The notes under the pieces were generated by a model that was not told the DNA's origin, ran no database searches, and saw nothing but the letters and a program-made list of their open reading frames with translations. From NCBI GenBank assembly GCA_965197905.1, contig CBDAOB010000004.1:64001-128000 (forward strand): a stretch of 64,000 nucleotides of DNA, read 5' to 3'. Of the stretch, positions 51,456 through 59,091 are shown piece by piece (position 1 is the first letter of the stretch; the number at the start of each line of letters is the position of its first letter). The position numbers and the translations under genes were made by a program. The DNA comes from Candidatus Latescibacterota bacterium (GTDB lineage Bacteria; Latescibacterota; UBA2968; UBA8231).

Positions 51456-51707
51456 CTCCGTGAGATCGGCTAGCCGGTTGAGAGATTTCCGCATCTCGGC
51501 GGAGATTTCGACCGTCTCCGCATCCCGACCCTGTTCGTGCACCATCTTTCCAACCTCGGCGAACAGGCGCTGAATTTGTTGCTTGGCGACGGCCACATCT
51601 AAGCGGGCGCGCCCTTGCTGGGCCAGCAGCTCGGCACAATCGGCAGCCGCGATCAACCCCTCCTCCAACCCCTTTCGGACATTTCCCCAAAAATCTTCTG
51701 TCATCAC
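51387..51707 (-). CDS. Small coiled-coil hypothetical protein
   Basis: FWGNVRKG..A...A..GRARL....I..LF.EVG pattern; start overlaps the BMC gene stop. Confidence 0.8.
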   Translation of the reverse strand: MMTEDFWGNVRKGLEEGLIAAADCAELLAQQGRARLDVAVAKQQIQRLFAEVGKMVHEQGRDAETVEISAEMRKSLNRLADLTEELKEKEEILNDLRTEQEGAGGD

Positions 51708-52183
51708 TACTCCTCCTGCCAGAGTCGCTGCAACTCTTCGATCAATTCTTTCTTGTTGGCACGCGATACGTTGCGCCCGGTAAGTCCGGCACCCGGTGTT
51801 TGACGAACGAGTTGGCGCAAACGCGCCACCGCCATATTCTTCAGCGTGTCTAAGGTCGGGTGTTGGTTTGCCAACGGATCCAACCGGGATGCGCCCGAGT
51901 TGGAGTCTATCGTGTCTTGAAGTAATCGAACGACGTCGGCGTGGGGGCCGGGGATGACGTGGCTACTGATAACCTCGGTCACTCGACGCGCTGCGTCCGC
52001 GCCGGCGCGAACGGCGGTCTGAACCGATGCTACATCCCCCGAAAACCGAATGGATACCAGACCACCGCCGATGCGTTCGAACTGAAGCAATTCTACGTTG
52101 GCTGCTTTGGCGGCTGCATCTGCCGCTTCCACAACACCTGCCATCCCTCGGGTTTCGATGAGTCCTATGGCAGATCCGGCCAT
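51707..52183 (-). CDS. BMC-H microcompartment shell protein with C-terminal helical (Rho_N/HeH-like) extension
   Basis: AIGLIETRG...VEAADAAAKAANV, GDVASV, HVIPGPH; tail LKNMAVARLRQL...ANKKELIEEL. Confidence 0.93.
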   Translation of the reverse strand: MAGSAIGLIETRGMAGVVEAADAAAKAANVELLQFERIGGGLVSIRFSGDVASVQTAVRAGADAARRVTEVISSHVIPGPHADVVRLLQDTIDSNSGASRLDPLANQHPTLDTLKNMAVARLRQLVRQTPGAGLTGRNVSRANKKELIEELQRLWQEE

Positions 52184-52207
52184 GGCGGGACCTGAACCGG
52201 GTTGGGT

Positions 52208-52435
52208 TTATCTCTGATCGTCGCGGGTGTATGGCAGCAGACCGAGATAGCGAGCCCGTTTTATTGCCTGGACAACTCGATTTTGCTGTTTGCGCGTGGC
52301 ACCCGTACGCCGTGCCGCGTCGATCTTGCCGGTGGGCGACAGGAAGCGGGTCAGTACATCCAGGCGTTTGTAGTCGATATCCTCGAGCTTCAGCTTTGCG
52401 ACGAATTCCTTGCGACTGCGACCTTGTCTACCGAT
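52208..52435 (-). CDS. rpsR: 30S ribosomal protein S18, Cys-free type, apparent ATC start (absent from the ORF track)
   Basis: Manual translation (I)GRQGRSRKEFVAKLKLEDIDYKRLDVLTRFLSPTGKIDAARRTGATRKQQNRVVQAIKRARYLGLLPYTRDDQR; AAGGAG 9 nt before ATC; in-frame TAA upstream. Confidence 0.95.
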   Translation of the reverse strand: MGRQGRSRKEFVAKLKLEDIDYKRLDVLTRFLSPTGKIDAARRTGATRKQQNRVVQAIKRARYLGLLPYTRDDQR

Positions 52436-52498
52436 GGTGAATTACTCCTTGAGAAGCCTGTTGAAAACGGGCTTTGACGTATATTAAAGAGAGCTTGG

Positions 52499-52527
52499 AA
52501 AATAGGTCTGGTACCCCCGCATGTCAA
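52499..52527 (-). promoter_or_regulatory. Sigma70-type promoter for rpsR-BMC
   Basis: TTGACA-N17-TATTTT on the minus strand. Confidence 0.6.
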
Positions 52528-52528
52528 T

Positions 52529-53872
52529 ATGGTACACCGGTTTGTGATCTGGTCTCGACTTCGCCGCACGGCACTTGCCTGGGTGTTGTGTCTCGGGGCT
52601 TTGGCTTTGGCATTTACCCACCGAATTGCCGGCGAGAGTGACTTGGTGCTCTTCGTTTTGGCGGGCACCGCGCTCCTCTCTCTTGCTTTGTTGATCCTCG
52701 GTGCGGTCGAGGGAAATCTTCTTCCCGGAACCGCAGTACGGTTGTTCGCTCTTTTGTTGCTCACTTCGGCCGCCGGTTCGGTCCTACTCAATGATCAGGT
52801 GCCCTGGGCAAATTTGATCCTTCTCGCCTGTCACCTCGCTCTGTTTTGGGTGGGTTGGGGAGTGGGCAGGCAGGGTGAGGGGCTGTCTCAACTCGGGGGG
52901 GGTTTTATCGTTTGCGCGGTGTTGATTGCCGCATATGCAGTGGCGCAGTTCTATCGATGGGACCCAATGCCCGCAAATGTACAGTTTCCTGATCGCATCC
53001 TCTCGGTATTCGCAAATCCGAACCATTTCGGAAATCTGATGGCGGCTTCGATGCCCATGGCAATGGCCTGCCTTTTAAGAGCGGAATCCAGGCGTCTCAT
53101 TGTCACATGGCAACTGGTCTGCGCCGTGTTGTACGCGGGGCTTCTTATGGCCGGTAGTCGCGGGGCTTGGATCGCGGGGTTTGCCGGTGGGCTGGTGGTG
53201 GCAGGAGGGTACTTGCTGCACTGGCGCCGCGGCGTGCTCCCCTTGCGGCCTGTCGTGATTCTGAGCACTCTAGGCCTACTGGCGGTCGTTACGCTGGGGG
53301 TGTCGCGCCGACCGGTTCTGACGCGCGCATCCGGCCCTGTCACGGTGGCAGAACGCGCTTTGAGTACGACCCAGATCGTCGGACCCGCCGAAAAACGCGA
53401 CGCCACCGTAAACCACCGCTATTTCATCTGGGGCGTGGCCGCGAGAATGATCGCTGCCGCTCCTGTACTCGGTCATGGCTACGGGGACTTTGCCTACACC
53501 TTTGCCTCCTTCAGGGATGATCCTGGGGGGGCGACTGAGCTAGCGCGACTGAGCTGGAGCCAGCGGCGCGATCCCACCGCATACGCCCACAACGAATTCC
53601 TGCACACCTGGGTCGAAACCGGATTGTTGGGGCTGACCGGTCTTGTAGGCCTGATAGCAGTCGCGTTGACGAGATGCTGGAAGAACCTCATGCTGCGCTC
53701 CGAAAGCTTGTACTACTGGGGAGCGCTGGGAGCGTTCGGGGTTATTCTGATTCACAGCCTCGTCAGCTATCCATTGCGACTTCCTCTAAATGGCAGCATT
53801 TTTTGGATACTACTTGGTATTACAATAGGAATCGACCACGGGACGAGACACTCATCCAAGCTGCGTCAATAA
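52529..53872 (+). CDS. O-antigen ligase / O-oligosaccharyltransferase family membrane protein
   Basis: FANPNH, GSRGAW, R..IW, PVLGHGYG.F, AHNEFLHTWVETGLLG. Confidence 0.9.
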   Translation: MVHRFVIWSRLRRTALAWVLCLGALALAFTHRIAGESDLVLFVLAGTALLSLALLILGAVEGNLLPGTAVRLFALLLLTSAAGSVLLNDQVPWANLILLACHLALFWVGWGVGRQGEGLSQLGGGFIVCAVLIAAYAVAQFYRWDPMPANVQFPDRILSVFANPNHFGNLMAASMPMAMACLLRAESRRLIVTWQLVCAVLYAGLLMAGSRGAWIAGFAGGLVVAGGYLLHWRRGVLPLRPVVILSTLGLLAVVTLGVSRRPVLTRASGPVTVAERALSTTQIVGPAEKRDATVNHRYFIWGVAARMIAAAPVLGHGYGDFAYTFASFRDDPGGATELARLSWSQRRDPTAYAHNEFLHTWVETGLLGLTGLVGLIAVALTRCWKNLMLRSESLYYWGALGAFGVILIHSLVSYPLRLPLNGSIFWILLGITIGIDHGTRHSSKLRQ

Positions 53873-53925
53873 TAGCTGTAAAAACAGTATGATAGAGATC
53901 TATCTGTGACCATAGAAAAAAACGC

Positions 53926-53952
53926 TAAAGGGAATCAACTCTTATCCGATAA
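53926..53952 (+). promoter_or_regulatory. Sigma28 (FliA)-like promoter
   Basis: TAAA-N15-TCCGATAA. Confidence 0.72.
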
Positions 53953-53958
53953 TACAAA

Positions 53959-54172
53959 ACAAGATTACTTGATACTAAGTTCTTTTCTTCCAGTAGCTGA
54001 TTGAACCTCCGCTACTGCTACCCGATCGATCATTTAGTCTTTGCGGATTCGATTGCAGATCCGCACCCGGACAACCCGGAGTTTCCCCACTCCCGTCCGG
54101 TCCCGCGAGTGCCCTAATACCGCGGATGTGAAAAATGCCAGCGCCCTGCGTGATCTTCCGCAGGGCGTTTTG
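53959..54172 (+). ncRNA. Candidate structured small RNA
   Basis: Promoter, four consecutive hairpins and a terminator, with no credible ORF; ends approximate. Confidence 0.5.
54141..54172. terminator. Terminator hairpin, possibly bidirectional
   Basis: GCGCCCTGCG-TGATCTTC-CGCAGGGCGT then TTT; A5 shortly upstream. Confidence 0.7.
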
Positions 54173-54189
54173 CTTGTACGCCTTTCAGA

Positions 54190-55344
54190 TCAGGAGGTTT
54201 CGGTCAATTTCCGCATGGTGGAGTGATGATCCATGCCGGACGCGCGCAATCGATCGTATCTGGACATATCGATGCTCTCCCATCTTAGGAAAGAGCGAAT
54301 GTCGTAACGGCCGGGGACTTCAAGCTTGAGCTGGCCTTCGGCGATCATCTGCTCAAGAGGATATCCGCCTTCCTCCAGGGGCAGGCGGATCACCTTGTTC
54401 CTGCGCGCGGATTCGTAGAGCGCCATCATGATTTCTAGGGTCGCTCTCGCCTTTTCCACCGAACCCCGGTGTTCCGGACCGCCATCTAGCCAGCCTGCGA
54501 GTTCCTTGATTTGATCGGCGTTCACTCGCCCACCCATACCGTACCCTTCCTCTTCGACCAGCACATGCTCCTGCCAACCGGCAGCATTCGCATTCAAGAG
54601 GCGCACACTGCGTTCGTCGGTTTCCAGAATTCCGTCGGTCCCGCGGATGAGAAACCCTCCTGCAGTAGCTCCTTCTTGACGGAGGTCCGACTGGACAAAC
54701 AATTGTAGGCCGGCGTCCATTTGCACCAATGCCATGCAACAGTCTTCAATGGGGACGTCGCGTTCGTATCGATCCGTGCTTCGTTGCACGGCTCCCATCA
54801 CCCACTCCGCCGCCGGGTCCTCTAGCACGAACCGCGCCCCGTCGATGACGTGGGTGCCCCAATTGGCGAAACCGCTCGCTACGCAACACTCCACCATTAC
54901 GGGTTTCCCTATGGCCCCTTCGCGGATTAAGTCGCGAGCTCTCTCCCATCCCACCGTGAACCGCCGCTGGTGGCCAATGACCAACAGAGTGTCATGCGAC
55001 CGGCACGCATCGATCATCAGGTCGGCCGACCTCAATCCCAAAGCCATCGGTTTTTCGCAGATGACAGCTTTGACGCCGGCTTTAGCGGCGGCCACCGTGC
55101 CCTCCTGATGGACGAGATGCCAGGTACACACGATCGCAATATCTGGCACCTGGTTGGAGAACATCTCATCCGTAGTAGAAAAGGCGCGGGGAACACCGAA
55201 CTCCTCAGCAAACCGTATCCTCGCCGCTTCTACCGGTTCGACGACAGCGACTAGCTCCACTTCGTCGGCAAGTTGGCACCCCTCCGCGTGCGACCGGCCG
55301 ATCGTACCACACCCGACAATGGCAACTGTATACCTGCTTCCCAT
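54190..55344 (-). CDS. Gfo/Idh/MocA oxidoreductase
   Basis: IVGCGTIG, CEKPMA, GHQRRF, GTHVID. Confidence 0.93.
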   Translation of the reverse strand: MGSRYTVAIVGCGTIGRSHAEGCQLADEVELVAVVEPVEAARIRFAEEFGVPRAFSTTDEMFSNQVPDIAIVCTWHLVHQEGTVAAAKAGVKAVICEKPMALGLRSADLMIDACRSHDTLLVIGHQRRFTVGWERARDLIREGAIGKPVMVECCVASGFANWGTHVIDGARFVLEDPAAEWVMGAVQRSTDRYERDVPIEDCCMALVQMDAGLQLFVQSDLRQEGATAGGFLIRGTDGILETDERSVRLLNANAAGWQEHVLVEEEGYGMGGRVNADQIKELAGWLDGGPEHRGSVEKARATLEIMMALYESARRNKVIRLPLEEGGYPLEQMIAEGQLKLEVPGRYDIRSFLRWESIDMSRYDRLRASGMDHHSTMRKLTETS

Positions 55345-55427
55345 ATTGCTCTCCTTTGGCACTGTCCATGTGCGCGCTTAGCTTAGCTACTGTTCGAGCC
55401 AATTTGGTCGCAAACCAGCAAAACCCT

Positions 55428-55856
55428 ATGGATGATATCACTGTTACTCCGCACCTCACGATCCCTGTGTCAGAGCTCAGATTCAGCTTCGATCGCAGCC
55501 CGGGTCCCGGCGGTCAAAACGTAAATAAGTTGAACACAAGGGTGGAGTTGTGCTTCGATGTGCGCAACAGCCGGTCCATTACGGAACCCCAACGCGCGCG
55601 AATCGTTGAAGGATTAGGACGCCGGTTGAGTAACGACGGGCTCTTGCGCATCCGTTCCTCCAGGCACCGAACTCAGCTGCGCAACAAGCAGGATTGTTTG
55701 GAGAAGCTTGCCGCGAAACTTGGAGAGGTGCTAAAGCCGCCGCCTGCCAAACGAAGACGGACGCGGCCGGGTCGTGCTGAATTAACACGGCGGCGAGAGG
55801 CAAAACGGCAAAATTCCGCCAAGAAGCGGCTGCGGAAACGTCCCGATTTCGATTAG
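55428..55856 (+). CDS. arfB: Alternative ribosome-rescue factor B
   Basis: RSPGPGGQNVNK, R.Q.RN, basic C-terminal tail. Confidence 0.95.
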   Translation: MDDITVTPHLTIPVSELRFSFDRSPGPGGQNVNKLNTRVELCFDVRNSRSITEPQRARIVEGLGRRLSNDGLLRIRSSRHRTQLRNKQDCLEKLAAKLGEVLKPPPAKRRRTRPGRAELTRRREAKRQNSAKKRLRKRPDFD

Positions 55857-55868
55857 TGTGGCAAAATC

Positions 55869-55910
55869 TTGACACTGCTTGAGCAATCTCTTACGTTAAC
55901 GTTAACGTAA
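55869..55910 (+). promoter_or_regulatory. Sigma70 promoter overlapped by a perfect 20-bp palindrome (candidate operator)
   Basis: TTGACA-N17-TACGTT; TTACGTTAACGTTAACGTAA at 55891-55910. Confidence 0.65.
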
Positions 55911-55968
55911 TAATCAGCTGTACAAATCTCAGAATATTTAACACTAACCATTGTAATTTATAAGACTT

Positions 55969-56859
55969 ATGAACAGAAAAAGAAAATCGGTTCGAGCCGA
56001 AGAAAACGATGAAAAGGCCGTTTTGGCAATACCGCCTACATCGGATCTCACCGATCTTTATTGGCGCGATATCAAGGAAGCCCAAACCTTATCTCGATCC
56101 GAAGAGGTTGAGCTGTTCAAACTAGCGAAATCTGGCAACGAAGAAGCCCGGCAGAAAATCATTTTGTCGAATCTGCGTTTTGTGGTGCGTGTGGCGCGGG
56201 AGTATAAGGATTACGGGCTGTCGTTGGTGGAGCTGATCTCAGAAGGAAACTTCGGTCTATTGGAGGCGGTCAAGCGGTTTGATGAAACACGCGGGTTCAA
56301 GTTCATCACCTATGCCGTTTGGTGGATTCGACAGGCCATACTCAAGGCGCTCGCCGAACAGGGAAAGATCGCCAAACCCCCCCTCAGCCAAATCAACGAT
56401 CAGCAACGAATGGACAAACAAGCCGGAGCTTTGGCACACCAGCTGGGTCGGTCCCCCACGTTCGAAGAGATCTCCGAGTCCGTGGATATCAGCGCTGAGC
56501 GAACGAAAAACGCGTGGGTTGCGGCGCAGCAGGATCTTTTCCTCGATGCACCGGCCTTTCAAGATGAAGAGGCTCCCCTCATGACGGTGTTCGCCGCCGA
56601 TCAGCCCGGGGGTGATGACGATGTGATGCAGGGCCAGTTGGAACACAGTGTCCAGGCATGTCTGCAGGTGCTGGACGACCGCGAGTACCAGATCGTGTCT
56701 TCCTACTTCGGCTTCGACGATCTGCGACCCATGACCCTGGAGGAGATCGGGGAAACCCTGGGTGTAACCCGGGAACGAGTCCGGCAACTGCGCAATCGAG
56801 CCCTCGACAAGCTGCGCGTGCAGTGCGGCGAGCTCCTGCTCGAATTTTCCAGCAACTAG
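55969..56859 (+). CDS. Sigma70-family (RpoD/RpoS-like, lacking region 1.1) sigma factor
   Basis: SNLRFVV, LISEGNFGL, RGFKFITYAVWWIRQAI, TLEEIG...VTRERVRQL. Confidence 0.95.
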   Translation: MNRKRKSVRAEENDEKAVLAIPPTSDLTDLYWRDIKEAQTLSRSEEVELFKLAKSGNEEARQKIILSNLRFVVRVAREYKDYGLSLVELISEGNFGLLEAVKRFDETRGFKFITYAVWWIRQAILKALAEQGKIAKPPLSQINDQQRMDKQAGALAHQLGRSPTFEEISESVDISAERTKNAWVAAQQDLFLDAPAFQDEEAPLMTVFAADQPGGDDDVMQGQLEHSVQACLQVLDDREYQIVSSYFGFDDLRPMTLEEIGETLGVTRERVRQLRNRALDKLRVQCGELLLEFSSN

Positions 56860-57125
56860 TGCACCGCTCAACAGCTATCCTTGTATTTCGCCGCCGATGC
56901 ATCCCAGCCGGCTGCTTTGCGCTTGCTCGCAGCCCGGGCGCCTCTCAAAGCCGAAATTCCGAAGGCTTTCTTATGGACCGGTGCACAAGGCTACGCCCGC
57001 AGAATCGGTCGCTCCAAACCCTCGCGCGCCTTTTAAGGTAGCCTCCGAAAAAACCGCTTGCCAAGATACACCATCGGAGCCAGTATTGGTGGTGACCCGC
57101 GTCTACTCCTCTTCCGTTCCCCTAC

Positions 57126-57141
57126 CGGCACGAAGCTTGCT
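57126..57141 (+). promoter_or_regulatory. Sigma54 -24/-12 promoter candidate
   Basis: CGGCACG-AAGC-TTGCT. Confidence 0.55.
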
Positions 57142-57347
57142 GGTTGAGCAGCCGCAACTGAAACGCAAGCACAGATAGGTACTGCTGCCGCCGAACCTTC
57201 GCAAGATCGCGACTCGGTGGTAACGCAGGTTGTGTTGCCTTGCTTTATTCGGGGATCCATGCCGAGTATCTGCGATTCAGGTGCAAGAAGAATCTTCTCT
57301 TTTGCGGAACGATTTTCTGTGACAAGCCTTAGCAGAGGAGGCACACC

Positions 57348-57422
57348 TTGAGCGCTCTATTGCTAATTCTTCCAGTGCTTGGCCTTTTGGCGATATTCGG
57401 ATTCTCGCTTAAGTCCGAGTAA
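57348..57422 (+). CDS. Candidate 24-aa single-pass membrane peptide MSALLLILPVLGLLAIFGFSLKSE
   Basis: GAGGAGG SD 6 nt before TTG; uninterrupted hydrophobic stretch. Confidence 0.6.
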   Translation: MSALLLILPVLGLLAIFGFSLKSE

Positions 57423-57641
57423 CCCCGGCTCTTCCCGCTTCTAGCGAGCGGCGCACCTACCGTCCCTGTCCGCGGCGCACGCGCCGCTTTGTCTGTCCAC
57501 GTGTACAACTGCCTGCGTCGGCAGACGAGGTCGCCACAACGACCAACCCCGTAGTTTCCGCACCAGTTCCCGCTTTCCGATCCGCAGCATCGTCGTTATA
57601 ATTGCAGAATACACACCACGACTCTTCGGCGGAGCTCGCAG

Positions 57642-58049
57642 ATGGACCTTACCAAATCGTTTCCCAGAAGTCCGTACGAAATGAACGCGGGGTTGGTAAT
57701 GCTACCTCGAACCACCGACAAAGCCCGGGCGCAGATGGCGGGGTTACTCGGGGATTACCACTACGATTGCCCGTTGGACCAACGCCTGTTCCAGTTTCTC
57801 GGAATCGACGCCGGGAGCTTCCTGAAGCAGCTCAAGAAGGTGGGTACCGACGACGGTATGGCGACGTGGATCGAGGAAATCGCCAACCGCTCGAGAGTCG
57901 AGAAAGAAGCGTTCAACAACGTCTTGAGGCACTTACGCCCAGAAGGTGAAGAAGGCGAGCAGTGGCTGGAAGAGAAACGCAAGGATCTTGGACGTCGAGA
58001 CTTTAACACCTATTTCGACCAACTCGACGCCGACGAGGGTCGTTACTAA
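57642..58049 (+). CDS. DUF5069-like protein
   Basis: DL....PRSP, LPR..DKARA, G.Y.Y.CPLD, D.DEGR. Confidence 0.85.
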   Translation: MDLTKSFPRSPYEMNAGLVMLPRTTDKARAQMAGLLGDYHYDCPLDQRLFQFLGIDAGSFLKQLKKVGTDDGMATWIEEIANRSRVEKEAFNNVLRHLRPEGEEGEQWLEEKRKDLGRRDFNTYFDQLDADEGRY

Positions 58050-58124
58050 GGGCCGACCGGCACTTCGATTTTTGTCTATCAGGTTCGCTCCCTTTGCGAC
58101 CGGCTTACAACCGGGCCTCCCGAC

Positions 58125-59032
58125 TTAGGCCAGAATATCCAGGTGACCGGCACCACGCTGGTCAGATCCGACTCCTGGCGATCCCCAAGCAACTCCAGCA
58201 CCTGTGCTGCATCTCCGGCATCAGCCTTTGAACCTGTCCCGCTAGTACTGCCCCCGGGTGGTTCTGATTCCGGGTCCACGAATCCGGTTGTGCCATCACT
58301 GGCTCCAGCCGCGGTGTGGCCGTTCGCCGGCTCTTCTTCGCGATCCTGTTTCGCAATCTCCCGGCGCGCTTCGGCTTCCATGCGCGAAGCTTCGGCGGCG
58401 ACTTGTCGGTCTTGGCTGGAGGGTTCGGCAGGGGCCAACGCCGCACGTTTAACCACCTGTGCTTTTTGAATGGTTGCCTCAGGATCGCCCTCCACCGCTG
58501 AGGTGTCGATGCTAACCTCCCCGCCCACTGCATACCTGCGACTGTCCGGACCGCGCTCGTACTCGTATTTAGGTCCGCCGCGGGAATAGGGACCGGCGGC
58601 AGCTACGTGGGCTTGCTCGTGGGCGCGCACGTCGCGGTCGCGGTCCTTCAGTTTTTCCACCTCAGCTTGTTCCTCCTCGCTCAATTCCTGCGAGTCGCCT
58701 GCCGGAGACGAGCTCGTGCCCGCTTCCGGATCAGCCGCAGCCTCGGCACCTTCGTTGGACACCTGTTTCGAGCTGGAAGGTGAGGCAAGTGGTGGCTGTG
58801 GAACCTGGGGAAGCAGAGCGAGAATCTCGGATGCTCGATGAGCCGTCTCCCGGTTGTCTCGGTGTTCGACGGTGGACAACGGTCCGGACCTGGCGTCCAG
58901 TTTCGAGTCGGAAACGATCGCGGGCTCCTGGGTGTCACTCGAGCCACCAATTTCGCGTCGGGGCACAGCCGGCGAAGGGACGAAACCTGACGACAGATTA
59001 ACGCCTGTAGATATAGAATTCAGAGATTGCAG
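58125..59032 (-). CDS. SprA-related (CJM1_0395-like) protein; start and end inferred
   Basis: LKDRDRDVRAHEQAH, YERGPD.RRYAVGGEV.ID, AALAPAEPSSQDRQVA; probable CTG start after GGAG; probable 3' frameshift to GHLDILA*. Confidence 0.8.
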
Positions 59033-59064
59033 ATCGGTAAGCTCCGGAAAACGCCTATCGCTTA

Positions 59065-59091
59065 TTATCGGCAGGCGTCTGCTGAACTTTA
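59065..59091 (-). promoter_or_regulatory. Sigma28 (FliA) promoter, exact consensus
   Basis: TAAA-GTTCAGCAGACGCCT-GCCGATAA on the minus strand. Confidence 0.85.

Noticed and set aside
51109..51690. 193-aa minus-strand ORF reading through the duplicated segment
   Set aside because: Off-frame to the coiled-coil gene and antisense to the Lys-rich tail; no support as a real gene
52202..52477. 91-aa plus-strand ORF in the track
   Set aside because: It is the antisense shadow of rpsR on the minus strand
53959..54172. CsrA/RsmA-sponge interpretation of the candidate sRNA
   Set aside because: Its GGA motifs lie in stems rather than loops; the loops are C-rich
55878..55890. CTTGAG as an HspR HAIR operator
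   Set aside because: The second half-site ACTCAAG is missing
57033..57344. 103-aa minus-strand ORF in the large gap
   Set aside because: No SD or motif; the plus-strand promoter, SD and peptide explain the region better
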